From Terriglobales bacterium (lineage in GTDB: Bacteria > Acidobacteriota > Terriglobia > Terriglobales > Acidobacteriaceae): a DNA stretch of 64,000 nucleotides. Made by a program: the position numbers and the translations under genes. Positions within the stretch are counted from its first letter, which is position 1; each line of letters begins with the position of its first letter. Under the pieces are notes generated by a model. That model had not been told where the DNA came from, made no database searches, and saw only the letters and a program-made list of their open reading frames with translations. Below are positions 35,222-44,262 of this stretch, one piece after another. The stretch is taken from contig JBJMGI010000092.1 in the NCBI GenBank assembly GCA_045807945.1, positions 22,028 to 86,027 of the forward strand. Reading direction: 5' to 3'.

Positions 35222-37165
35222 ATGTCTGAGTCCAAAGATATTCAAAATCTGATCGAGCGCGTGGTCGGAGAAGTCTCTGAGCGCCGTATTACCGAGCTGC
35301 GCAAAGACGTGGTCAAGCGCATCACACGCGAGTCGGAAGACATTGTGGACGCCGTCTTCGCCGAAGTCTCCGATACCCATCTGCCCGAGCTCCGCAAAGA
35401 TGTTGTCAACAGCGTTCTAAAAGAGACGCAGGATGGCATCGAAGGCGCCGTCAACGAAGCCATCGATTCCCGTGCCAAAGAATTCCGCAAAGAACTCGTC
35501 AATCGCATCTCCGAAGAATCCAAGATCGTCACCCACGGCGTGATTGCGGAAGCACTCGATTCCAGCCTTGACGAACTGAAGCAGGAAGTGGTGGGCCGCG
35601 TCGCAGGCGAGGCGCAAGCTTCAGTCGAACGCGCGATGAACGCGACCCTGGACAAGCGCCTTGGCGATTTGCGTGGCGAGATCATAGAGAAGCTGGCGCA
35701 GGAAGCGCGCAAGATGTTCGAGCAGATGGTCCCGCACATCATGGACGCGCAGCTCGGCCAAATGCGCGCCGATCTCAGCGGGCGCATGACCCAGGAAGTA
35801 CAGGCCACGCTCGAAAAGACTGTCCCCGAGGTCCTCGAGAAGCGCATGAACACGGTGCGCGATGAGGTCATTGCGAAGGTCAACCAGAAAACGCACAAAT
35901 CCATAGACAATCTGGTGCCGGAACTCATTGATAAAGGCATCGGCGAAATGCGCTCAGACGTGATTGCGCGCATGAACAAGAGCACCAAGAGCACGATCGA
36001 AGGCACGATCCCGAACATCGTGGAGAAGCGCCTGTCGGCGTTGCGCAAAGAAGTGACCGACGGCGTGATGAGCAAGACGCGCGAGTCGGTGGACAAGCTG
36101 CTTCCCGAAGTCTTCGCCGATCGCGTCGACGAGATGAAGAAAGATTCCGCCACGAGAATTTGGAAAGAGCTCGAGCCCATATTGGCGAAGGGCAAGGGCA
36201 AATCGCAGGATAAGGATCGTGAAGAGGATGCGCACGCCGCCGTCGCAAGTACCAGCGGAACGCTTGACGCAGCTGTGGCTTCAATCCAGCAAGCGACCAG
36301 TCAGTCCGAGATTCTCCGTACGTTGCTCGAAGGCGCCTCAAATTTCACCGGACGCGCCGCTCTCTTCATCATAAAGGGGAACAGTCTCGCCGGATGGCAA
36401 GGACGCGGCTTTAAAGATAACGACAAAGTTAAGAGTTACAACCTGAGCGCTGGCCAGGGACTCGCAGCACGCGCCATCAACGATCGCACTCCGGTTGCAG
36501 CCTCGGCTTCCGAGTTCGACGACGGTTTCATCTCAGGTGTCGGCGCCCCGTCACAAGGAAACGCCAACGTTCTGCCGCTGCTTGTGAAAGATAAGGTTCC
36601 CGCGGTCATGTACGCCGACGGCGGCACCGAGAAAAACGGCAAGTCCGACGCTTCCGCTCTGCAATTGCTGGTGCGCACCGCCGGGCTTTGGCTCGAAGTG
36701 CTCGCTATGCGCAAGGCTGGTGGGGTAATGACCACGGCATCTTCTCCGGAAGCAGCCGCGGCAGCAGTGGAATCAGCGACGATGCTGACGCCTACGCCGG
36801 CTCCGGGAAGCATCAAGGCTCCTGCCGCAGCTGCGATGGCGGCGGCTGCCCCTGCATCCGCGCCGCCTTCCGCTGGTCCTGCAGTCATCGCTCCAGGTGA
36901 CGAAGAGGTCCACAAGAAAGCCAAGCGCTTTGCGAAACTTCTGGTGGACGAGATCAAGCTTTACAATCAAGGTAAGGTTAACGAAGGTCGCCAGAATAGC
37001 GATCTCTACGATCGGCTGCGTGAAGACATTGATAAGAGCAAGGCCACTTACGATAAACGTTACGGCAGCACTCCGGCCGCCTCTGCCAATTACTTCAACG
37101 AAGAGATCGTTCGCGTGTTGGCCGACAATGATGCCGCGCTCATGGGCAGTAACTTTAACCGCTAG
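35222..37165 (+). CDS. Hypothetical protein: 10 x 31-aa helical repeats + GAF-like domain + Ala/Pro linker + conserved C-terminal domain
   Basis: 647 aa; details are in the findings. The C-terminal block is HKKAKRFAKLLVDEIKLYNQGKVNEGRQNSDLYDRLREDIDKSKATYDKRY. Confidence 0.7.
   Translation: MSESKDIQNLIERVVGEVSERRITELRKDVVKRITRESEDIVDAVFAEVSDTHLPELRKDVVNSVLKETQDGIEGAVNEAIDSRAKEFRKELVNRISEESKIVTHGVIAEALDSSLDELKQEVVGRVAGEAQASVERAMNATLDKRLGDLRGEIIEKLAQEARKMFEQMVPHIMDAQLGQMRADLSGRMTQEVQATLEKTVPEVLEKRMNTVRDEVIAKVNQKTHKSIDNLVPELIDKGIGEMRSDVIARMNKSTKSTIEGTIPNIVEKRLSALRKEVTDGVMSKTRESVDKLLPEVFADRVDEMKKDSATRIWKELEPILAKGKGKSQDKDREEDAHAAVASTSGTLDAAVASIQQATSQSEILRTLLEGASNFTGRAALFIIKGNSLAGWQGRGFKDNDKVKSYNLSAGQGLAARAINDRTPVAASASEFDDGFISGVGAPSQGNANVLPLLVKDKVPAVMYADGGTEKNGKSDASALQLLVRTAGLWLEVLAMRKAGGVMTTASSPEAAAAAVESATMLTPTPAPGSIKAPAAAAMAAAAPASAPPSAGPAVIAPGDEEVHKKAKRFAKLLVDEIKLYNQGKVNEGRQNSDLYDRLREDIDKSKATYDKRYGSTPAASANYFNEEIVRVLADNDAALMGSNFNR
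35243..36184 (+). repeat. Ten tandem 93-bp (31-codon) degenerate coding repeats
   Basis: The anchor basic residue in the motif (L/M)(R/K)xD/E(V/I)(V/I)xR(I/V/M) falls at aa 27, 58, 89, 120, 151, 182, 213, 244, 275 and 306, an exact period of 31. Confidence 0.75.
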
Positions 37166-37171
37166 GTTAGT

Positions 37172-39460
37172 TTGATCTCAGTGACCCTTCGCAATCGCTT
37201 TGTACCTCTCCTGCTCGCCTTAGCGCTTGCTTCCGGAAGCGCGTACCCGCAGAGCTCGACTTCGCACTCCACGACTCACATAAACAAGACCCACACAAAG
37301 AAGAAGACCGCAGCGAAGAAGAAGAGTAAGACTTCCGCTGCGAGGGTGCAGAAGACGGCGCAGGCATTCGTCCGCTCACTCGATCTGCGCGCGATGGCTA
37401 CGCAGCTTCTCCAGAACCGCTCCAAAGCCGCCTACGACGGCGTGGAGCATTATGCTCTCACCCATCCCAATGAAGCGGGCGCCCTGGCTTGGTTTGCCAT
37501 CGGATACGCTCACACCCTCGATCAGGAATTTGCGCAAGCCATTCCCCCGCTTCTGAAGGCGCCGCCAAAGGCTGGTGAGCTAGGCGATTACGTTGATTTC
37601 TATCTCGGCAAGTCTTATCACGCCACCAGCAATTGGTCGGACTGTATAGCCACTCTGCAGGATTTCAGCACCAAGTATCCGGACTCGCTCAATCGTCGCG
37701 ACGCGGCCATCGTTTACGGCAACGCGTTGCTTGCAGCAGGGAAGAATGTGGAGGCTGCAAAAGTCCTCGAGGCGGAGCGCACGCCCTTGCGTTCAGATGT
37801 CGAGCTGTACCTCGGCCGTGCGCTGGCACGCAGCGGACATCCTAATACCGCGGCTGTCGCCTTCCAGCATGTTTATTACGGAATGCCGCTGAGCGACGAA
37901 GCCGATGCGGCTGGTGACGAACTCGATCGCCTGCAAAAGCAGAGCAAGATCCCTGCGGCCAGCTTCTCCGTTCGCAGGCAGCGCCCCGAGTTGCTCGTTT
38001 CTGGCAAACGCTACAGCGAGGCTATTGAAGATTACAAGCGGCTCCTCCAGGAAGCCCCAGCTACCGACGCTCCCGCTCTCCGCCTTGGCCTGGCTGTCGC
38101 CCTCTATCGTGATCGTAGATATAAAGACGCGAAGGATTTGCTGCAGAAGCTCTCCGTCACGGGAGAGACCCCTCTCAGCAGCGACCAAAAAGCCGAGCGG
38201 CTGTACTACCTCGGCGAGATCACTCGCGGCGACGATCAGATCGCCTTTGTTGAATATCTGAGTCAGCTCCGTGCGATTGAGCCTGCCGGTAAATGGCTGG
38301 AGGAAAGCCTCATCTCTACGGGCAACAGCTATCTTCTGAAGAAGGACATTGCCACTGCCGCAAAGTTTTATTCTGAATTAGCCACCCGGGTGCCGAACGG
38401 GAAGTACGGCTCCTACGCGCACTGGAAAGCGGCTTGGATCACCTATCGGCTGAACGATTTCGCCGGTGCGAAGCAGCAGTTCGAAGAGCAGATCAGCCTC
38501 TATCCCAACTCTGCCGAAGTCGCGAATGCTCTCTATTGGCGAGCACGCATCGCGGAGCAGGAGAACGACCCGGCCAAGGCACGCGCCTACTACCAAAAGC
38601 TCGCCGAGCGTTTTCGTTATTACTACTACGGCGAACTCGCTCGCGACCGCATGGCGCAGATCAAGTTCGAAGGGCCGGCCGATCCCGATCCGCTGCTCAG
38701 GAAGATTCCCGCGATAAAGCCGCCCCAAGATCCGAGAGAGTTGATGCCGGCAGACAATCTTCGCGCGCAGCGCAGTCGCTTGCTCCAGAACGGTGGATTG
38801 ACTGACCTGGCGGTGAAAGAACTACAGACCGCTGGCTACAACGATTCACTAGGATGGGCGAATCAAGAGATCCTGCGGCTTTACCAGAACGATGGCGCAT
38901 ACTATCGCGCTTTGCAGGTGGCCAAGCGTTCCGTTCCAGGTTACTTCGCATTCGAGCTGACCGACATGCCGCGTCCGTTCTGGGAGGCGCTATTCCCGCG
39001 TGTCTATTGGACCGACCTCAAAAAATATTCGCAAGAGAATGCTCTCGATCCGTTTATGGTCGCGTCGTTGATCCGTCAGGAATCGGAGTTCAACCCCAGC
39101 GCTGTCTCGCGCGCGAAGGCGTTGGGGCTGATGCAATTGTTGCCAAGTGTAGGTAAGCATCTCGCAAAAGAGGTGAAGCTCGGCGGCTTTAATCAGGGGC
39201 TTCTTTTCGTCCCGCCCATCAACCTGCGACTCGGAACGCGTTACTTCAAGCAGATGGTGGATCAGAACGCTGGCACAGTGGAGTTCGCGCTTGCTGCCTA
39301 CAACGCCGGACAAGACCGCGTTGACGATTGGCGCAAAGACGCCAAATTCCGCGACGTCCCCGAATTCGTGGAATCGATTCCGTTCACCGAAACACGCGAG
39401 TACGTGCAAGCTATTGTTAGGAATGCGGGAGTTTATCGCAGGCTCTATAGCGAGCCGTGA
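37172..39460 (+). CDS. slt: Soluble lytic murein transglycosylase (Slt70-like: superhelical/TPR N-domain + SLT domain)
   Basis: SLT catalytic region ASLIRQESEFNPSAVSRAKALGLMQLLP...AAYNAG, plus a signal peptide. The start (TTG 37172 or GTG 37181) is uncertain. Confidence 0.85.
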   Translation: MISVTLRNRFVPLLLALALASGSAYPQSSTSHSTTHINKTHTKKKTAAKKKSKTSAARVQKTAQAFVRSLDLRAMATQLLQNRSKAAYDGVEHYALTHPNEAGALAWFAIGYAHTLDQEFAQAIPPLLKAPPKAGELGDYVDFYLGKSYHATSNWSDCIATLQDFSTKYPDSLNRRDAAIVYGNALLAAGKNVEAAKVLEAERTPLRSDVELYLGRALARSGHPNTAAVAFQHVYYGMPLSDEADAAGDELDRLQKQSKIPAASFSVRRQRPELLVSGKRYSEAIEDYKRLLQEAPATDAPALRLGLAVALYRDRRYKDAKDLLQKLSVTGETPLSSDQKAERLYYLGEITRGDDQIAFVEYLSQLRAIEPAGKWLEESLISTGNSYLLKKDIATAAKFYSELATRVPNGKYGSYAHWKAAWITYRLNDFAGAKQQFEEQISLYPNSAEVANALYWRARIAEQENDPAKARAYYQKLAERFRYYYYGELARDRMAQIKFEGPADPDPLLRKIPAIKPPQDPRELMPADNLRAQRSRLLQNGGLTDLAVKELQTAGYNDSLGWANQEILRLYQNDGAYYRALQVAKRSVPGYFAFELTDMPRPFWEALFPRVYWTDLKKYSQENALDPFMVASLIRQESEFNPSAVSRAKALGLMQLLPSVGKHLAKEVKLGGFNQGLLFVPPINLRLGTRYFKQMVDQNAGTVEFALAAYNAGQDRVDDWRKDAKFRDVPEFVESIPFTETREYVQAIVRNAGVYRRLYSEP

Positions 39461-39973
39461 TCATTCAGCGGGTGCGTGCTCGGGTGGCGCCGATTTAGCA
39501 AAGAGGATCTCGCCCATCAGCACGAATGCACCGACAACGATTGCGCTATCGGCAACGTTGAACGCCGGCCAGTGATAGCTTCCGACATAGAAGTCGAGAA
39601 AATCCACCACGTGTCCGTGGATCATGCGGTCCCACAGGTTTCCCGCCGCGCCGCCCAGGATCAGCGAAAGTGCCAGCCCCGTCATCGTGATCTTGTGGCT
39701 ATTGCGCCACAACAGCATGGTCACAATGCACATTGCGATAACAGAGAACATGATGAGCGCCGGTGCGCGCCACTGCGAGGCCGAGTCGGCGAACAGTCCG
39801 AACGCGGCGCCTTCATTGTGGGCGTTGGTGAGTTTCAGGAATCCGGGTATCAGCACGATGGAGTCGTGCAATGTGATGCTTCGATCGACCAGCCACTTCG
39901 TCAACTGGTCCAGCAGGATCACTCCTGCTGAGATCAAAAAGTGGAACCGGCGCATAGCGTGTGGCTGGGTCAT
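39461..39973 (-). CDS. lspA: Lipoprotein signal peptidase (signal peptidase II)
   Basis: DQLTKWLV, NEGAAFG, FNVADSAIVVGA. Lies downstream of ileS, the classical ileS-lspA pair. Confidence 0.9.
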   Translation of the reverse strand: MTQPHAMRRFHFLISAGVILLDQLTKWLVDRSITLHDSIVLIPGFLKLTNAHNEGAAFGLFADSASQWRAPALIMFSVIAMCIVTMLLWRNSHKITMTGLALSLILGGAAGNLWDRMIHGHVVDFLDFYVGSYHWPAFNVADSAIVVGAFVLMGEILFAKSAPPEHAPAE

Positions 39974-40010
39974 TTTCTGGGTTAGATTCCTAAATCTCTG
40001 CTGACGATTC

Positions 40011-42854
40011 TTACTTGCCCTCGGCGATCTCCTTCAAAGCCGTGCTGCAGCGCTCGCATACCGTCGGATACTCCGTATCTTTACCGACTTCGGTAGAGTA
40101 AGTCCAGCAGCGCTCGCACTTGGTGCCATCGGCCTTCGCCACCCGGATCTCAAGGGGTGAGTCGCCGTTGGCGGCCTCAGCGCGTGTCAGTTTGACGCGC
40201 GAAACGATAAACAGTTCGCGCAGGCCGGCCGCGTGCTTCTGCAGCGTGGTGAACAGATTACCCGAAGCGAGCAGCTCGACCTGGGCTTCGAGGCCGCTCC
40301 CGATCACCTTATCTCTGCGTAGCGGCTCAAGCGCCAGCATGACCGCCTCGCGGGTTGCGACAAGCTGCGCCCACTCCGACCGGACCACAGCGCCACGATC
40401 GTCGCCAACTTCGCCCCCAAGAACTTCATTGCGCTTCCAAAAAGTTGAAAGGTGAACGCTCTCAGGCCGGGCAGACAATTGCGGCATCATCTGCCAGATC
40501 TCGTCGGCGGTATAGCTCATTAGCGGCGCCATTGCGCGCACTAGTGTCTCCCCGATCCGCCAGAGCGCGGTCTGCGCGGACCGCCGCCCGCGCGAATTTG
40601 GAGCCGCGGTGTAGAGCCGGTCCTTCAGCAGGTCGAAGTAGATAGCGCTCAAATCGACAACACAGAATTCGTTGGCCTGGTGATAGACCTTGTTGAACAG
40701 CCGGGCCTCGTACCACTCTGCGATTTCGTCGTTCAGGTCACCCGTCCGCACCAGCATCGCCTGGTCCACAAATTCCATCTGGTCGAAGGCGACTGCATTC
40801 TTCGCCGGATCGAAGTCGCTCAAATTCCCGAGCACATACCGGAATGTGTTCCGCAGCTTGCGGTAATTCTCAGCGACGCGGTTCATCAGCTCCTCAGACG
40901 AACGGCTGTCTTCGCGATACTCAACCGAAGCAGCCCACAAACGAATGATCTCCCCGCCGAGCCTCTTCGCGATCGCATCCGGATCGACGGCGTTGCCCTT
41001 AGACTTATGTTGCGCCTGACCTTGTGGGTCCAGTGTCCATCCATGCGTCGTGACTTCACGGAACGGTGCTTTGCCGCGCGTCCCGACGGCGCACAGCAGG
41101 GAAGACTGGAACCACCCGCGGTACTGGTCGCCACCTTCGCTGTACAGGTCTGCGGGCCAGGGAAGATCTTTCTCATGCCCCAGCACGGCCGCGTGGCTCG
41201 AGCCTGATTCGAACCAAACGTCGATGATGTCCATCTCTTTCCGGAACTCTTTGCCACCGCACTTCGCGCACTTCGTTCCAGCAGGAAGGATAGAAGCTGC
41301 GTCGTGGCGGTACCAGGAATCCGCGCCTTCCTTCGCAAACAGCTCGACAACTTTGCGGTTTACTTCAGGCGAGCGGAGCAATTCGTTGCACTTGCGGTCG
41401 GTACAGAAAAATACCGCGATGGGAACTCCCCAGATGCGTTGCCGCGAGATGCACCAATCCGGACGCGTCTCGACCATGTTGCTGATGCGCAGCTCGCCCC
41501 ATTCCGGGTCCCACTTTACTTTCTTGATCTCGTCGAGCGCGCGCGAGCGCAGCGTGCCGCCTTCCATCTTCCCGTCCATTGCGATGAACCACTGCTCGGT
41601 AGCGCGGAAGATCACGGGATTATGGCAGCGCCAACAATGCGGATAGGAGTGCTCGATCTTTTCGTGCCCGAGCAGAACGCCTCGTGCCTTCAGCAATTCG
41701 ACGATCGGCTCGTTGGCTTTGAAGACGGTCTTGCCGTCGTACTCCGGCAACCCGTTATGGATCCGCCCGGCTTCATCAACGTTCACCTTCTGGTCCAGCC
41801 CATACTTCGCGCCAGTGTAGAAATCATCTGCGCCATGCGAAGGTGCGGTGTGCACGGCGCCCGTGCCCTGATCGGTGGTGACGTAATCCGCCAGGACGCC
41901 GAGGATCGAACGGTCGAGAAAGGGATGCGCGAAGGTCGAGCGTTCAAGTTTCCGTCCCTTGAATCGCGCGATCTCTCTCGCGTCAGTCAGGTTGCATTTT
42001 TCTTTTGTGGCTGCTGCGAGTGCGTCGGCGACGATATAAACCTGCCCACCACTCTCCAGCGCCACATACTCCAACTCCGGATGGAACGCGACCGCCATCG
42101 ACGCGGGAAGCGTCCAGGGTGTGGTCGTCCAGATAATGGTGTTCACTTTTTTGCCGGCGAGAGCGGAATCCAGCTTCGCCGGATCGCTAGTGAGAGCGTA
42201 TTTCACCCAGACGCTTGGGCTGGTGTGGTTCTCGTACTCGACTTCAGCTTCTGCCAGCGCTGTCCTATCGTGGATGCACCAATAGACCGGCTTCAGCCCT
42301 TTGTAGACGAATTCTTTCTCGAGGAACTGGAAGAACGTTTGCGCAATGACTGACTCATACTGCGCCGACATCGTGAGATATGGATCGTCCCACCGACCGA
42401 GCACACCTAGGCGTCGAAACTGCTCACGCTGCAGATCGACATATTTCTCCGCGTACTTCCGGCACTCCTGACGGACCTGCAAGGGATCCAGCTCCAGCTT
42501 CTTGCGGCCGAGCGACTCGTCAACCTTGATCTCGATGGGCAGGCCGTGGCAGTCCCATCCGGGAACGTAGGGAGCATCAAAGCCCGCCATCGTCTTGGAT
42601 TTAACGACGAAATCCTTCAGGCATTTATCCAACGCCGTTCCCAGGTGGATAAGGCCGTTGGCATAAGGAGGGCCATCGTGCAGCACGTAGATGGGCTTGC
42701 CCGCACGCGACTCGCGGATCTTGTAGTACAGGCGCATCTCGTCCCAGCGCGCGAGCGTTTTCGGCTCGTTCACGGGCAGGTTGGCCTTCATGGCGAAGTC
42801 GGTCTTAGGAAGGTTCAAGGTCGACTTCAGATCGTCGCGGACGGGGGCGCTCAT
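40011..42854 (-). CDS. ileS: Isoleucine--tRNA ligase
   Basis: PPYANGLIHLGTALDK (HIGH region), WCISRQRIWG, a KSKGN (KMSKS-like) motif, and a C-terminal CxxC...CxxC zinc knuckle. ATG at 42854, with GGAG 6 nt upstream. Confidence 0.95.
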   Translation of the reverse strand: MSAPVRDDLKSTLNLPKTDFAMKANLPVNEPKTLARWDEMRLYYKIRESRAGKPIYVLHDGPPYANGLIHLGTALDKCLKDFVVKSKTMAGFDAPYVPGWDCHGLPIEIKVDESLGRKKLELDPLQVRQECRKYAEKYVDLQREQFRRLGVLGRWDDPYLTMSAQYESVIAQTFFQFLEKEFVYKGLKPVYWCIHDRTALAEAEVEYENHTSPSVWVKYALTSDPAKLDSALAGKKVNTIIWTTTPWTLPASMAVAFHPELEYVALESGGQVYIVADALAAATKEKCNLTDAREIARFKGRKLERSTFAHPFLDRSILGVLADYVTTDQGTGAVHTAPSHGADDFYTGAKYGLDQKVNVDEAGRIHNGLPEYDGKTVFKANEPIVELLKARGVLLGHEKIEHSYPHCWRCHNPVIFRATEQWFIAMDGKMEGGTLRSRALDEIKKVKWDPEWGELRISNMVETRPDWCISRQRIWGVPIAVFFCTDRKCNELLRSPEVNRKVVELFAKEGADSWYRHDAASILPAGTKCAKCGGKEFRKEMDIIDVWFESGSSHAAVLGHEKDLPWPADLYSEGGDQYRGWFQSSLLCAVGTRGKAPFREVTTHGWTLDPQGQAQHKSKGNAVDPDAIAKRLGGEIIRLWAASVEYREDSRSSEELMNRVAENYRKLRNTFRYVLGNLSDFDPAKNAVAFDQMEFVDQAMLVRTGDLNDEIAEWYEARLFNKVYHQANEFCVVDLSAIYFDLLKDRLYTAAPNSRGRRSAQTALWRIGETLVRAMAPLMSYTADEIWQMMPQLSARPESVHLSTFWKRNEVLGGEVGDDRGAVVRSEWAQLVATREAVMLALEPLRRDKVIGSGLEAQVELLASGNLFTTLQKHAAGLRELFIVSRVKLTRAEAANGDSPLEIRVAKADGTKCERCWTYSTEVGKDTEYPTVCERCSTALKEIAEGK

Positions 42855-43062
42855 CAATTCTCCGGGTGCTCTTCCATTATAGGGTGACGCTAAAAGAAGC
42901 GTCCACGAGCCGAGGTGAGTTGGGATTGTGGTGGTCTGAATGTAACCCGGAATACCACTCTTGGCATCTGAACACGTAGCGCGTGAATCGGTCCTTTGTT
43001 AAATCGCGGCAAAAAATGCGCGAAATCCAAGAGCAGAAAAGCTTCTGGCTGTAGGAACCGCT

Positions 43063-43079
43063 TGGCACTCGGCGTGCAT
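43063..43079 (+). promoter_or_regulatory. Predicted sigma-54 promoter P4 (TGGCACTCGGCGTGCAT) upstream of tonB-like gene
   Basis: 16 of 17 positions are identical to P2 at 14309..14293. GG at 43064-43065 and GC at 43076-43077, canonical spacing. About 53-nt leader to the ATG at 43141. No copy of the TGTCCG enhancer was seen upstream. Confidence 0.45.
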
Positions 43080-43140
43080 CTTATTGGAACAGAGTTGCAA
43101 TGCACCTCTGGGTCGAACCTGGAAAAGGCCACATAGGGTT

Positions 43141-44160
43141 ATGTCAAATCGGGCTGTTATTACTCCCTTGGAAGAATCCTCCCCCGTCAGCAACATTCGG
43201 CGTGACGCGCTATTTAGCGACGTATTCACCTCAGAATGGTCGCTGTGGGATTCCCTCAAAGAAAACGTTCGCTCCGTCGTAAAGCCGGAAAAACTTCCGC
43301 CGCTCAAGCTGACGTCGCGTCCCGTGAAAGTCCGGGAGATTTGGGGTCAGTCGCAACGCCCCAAGACGGCTGCAGTAGGCTCGCTGATCGCGCATGGCTT
43401 GTTCTTTGGATTGATCGCCTTCGCGCTCATGCAGCCGGCGAAGCAAACTCCTCAAGAACCGCCTAAGCAGGTGACGCATCTCGTCGCTCCTCCGCTCAGC
43501 GACTACATGCCCATGCAGCAGGACCCCGGGCCGGCGATGTCCGGTGGCGGGGGCGGTGGTGACCATGACATCGTGCAGGCTCCCAAGGGTAAGCTCCCTA
43601 AGGTTTCGCCGGTGCAGATCACTCCTCCGGTTGTGATCACGCGTAACGATGCGCCAAAACTTCCGGTGGAACAGACCGTAGTTGCTCCTCCGAAGGTGAA
43701 TCTCCCTAACGCCAGCATGCCGACGATCGGCGACCCGATGGCGAAGCTCGCAGGTCCTCCCTCGAACGGAGTCGGTTCGAGCGCTGGAATCGGCGCAGGC
43801 TCTGGCGGCGGTATCGGTAGCGGCGCAGGCGCAGGTCTTGGACCGGGCAGCGGCGGTGGATTCGGCGGCGGAGTGTACAAAGTGGGTGGCGGAGTTTCCG
43901 CGCCCCGTCTCCTCGTCTCACCGGATCCGGAGTACTCGGAAGAAGCTCGTAAAGCAAAGTATCAAGGCACAGTCGTAGTTTGGATGATTCTTGGTCCCGA
44001 TGGGCGTCCGCAGAAGTTGAAAATTCAACGCGCTCTCGGCATGGGTCTGGATGAGAAGGCGCTCGAAGCGGTGAAGCAGTGGCGCTTCGAACCGGCCAAG
44101 AAAGACAATCAGCCCGTAGCCGTGGCCATCAGCGTGGAAGTTAACTTCCACCTCTACTAA
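43141..44160 (+). CDS. tonB: TonB-family energy transducer
   Basis: N-terminal TM anchor, a Pro- and Gly-rich spacer, and the C-terminal TonB domain YSEEARKAKYQGTVVVWMILGPDGRPQKLKIQRALGMGLDEKALEAVKQWRFEPA. Confidence 0.8.
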   Translation: MSNRAVITPLEESSPVSNIRRDALFSDVFTSEWSLWDSLKENVRSVVKPEKLPPLKLTSRPVKVREIWGQSQRPKTAAVGSLIAHGLFFGLIAFALMQPAKQTPQEPPKQVTHLVAPPLSDYMPMQQDPGPAMSGGGGGGDHDIVQAPKGKLPKVSPVQITPPVVITRNDAPKLPVEQTVVAPPKVNLPNASMPTIGDPMAKLAGPPSNGVGSSAGIGAGSGGGIGSGAGAGLGPGSGGGFGGGVYKVGGGVSAPRLLVSPDPEYSEEARKAKYQGTVVVWMILGPDGRPQKLKIQRALGMGLDEKALEAVKQWRFEPAKKDNQPVAVAISVEVNFHLY

Positions 44161-44225
44161 GTTCCGCTAAACGGCGGTCAGATTCTTCGCAGTACTTAAC
44201 CGAGTCGAGTCGAAGAACGCAGAAG

Positions 44226-44260
44226 GGAAGGCGCGAGCCTTCCTTTTTTGTTTTGTTTTG
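44226..44260 (+). terminator. Intrinsic terminator after tonB
   Basis: GGAAGGC-gcga-GCCTTCC followed by TTTTTTGTTTTGTTTTG. Confidence 0.6.
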
Positions 44261-44262
44261 CT

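Noticed and set aside
35242-36201. A 319-aa ORF antisense to the repeat-protein gene, and similar long antisense or out-of-frame ORFs elsewhere (180..1004, 22947..23459, 23356..24054, 29587..30579, 41304..42353).
   Set aside because: They lie entirely inside genes with strong motif support on the other strand or in another frame. Their translations are low-complexity (Arg/Ser/Ala-rich), which is typical of GC-rich shadow ORFs.
42855-43140. Possible T-box riboswitch in the 286-nt region upstream of ileS. The minus strand contains GAGUGGUAUUCCGGG, which vaguely resembles the T-box core GGGUGGUACCGCG. UAUUCCGGGU could also pair with the SD region ACCCGGAGAAU.
   Set aside because: Matching the highly conserved T-box sequence requires a 2-nt insertion and several mismatches. 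I could not find a Stem I / specifier loop with an Ile codon or the other conserved boxes. A cmsearch with Rfam RF00230 would settle it. On present evidence this is only a possibly structured leader.
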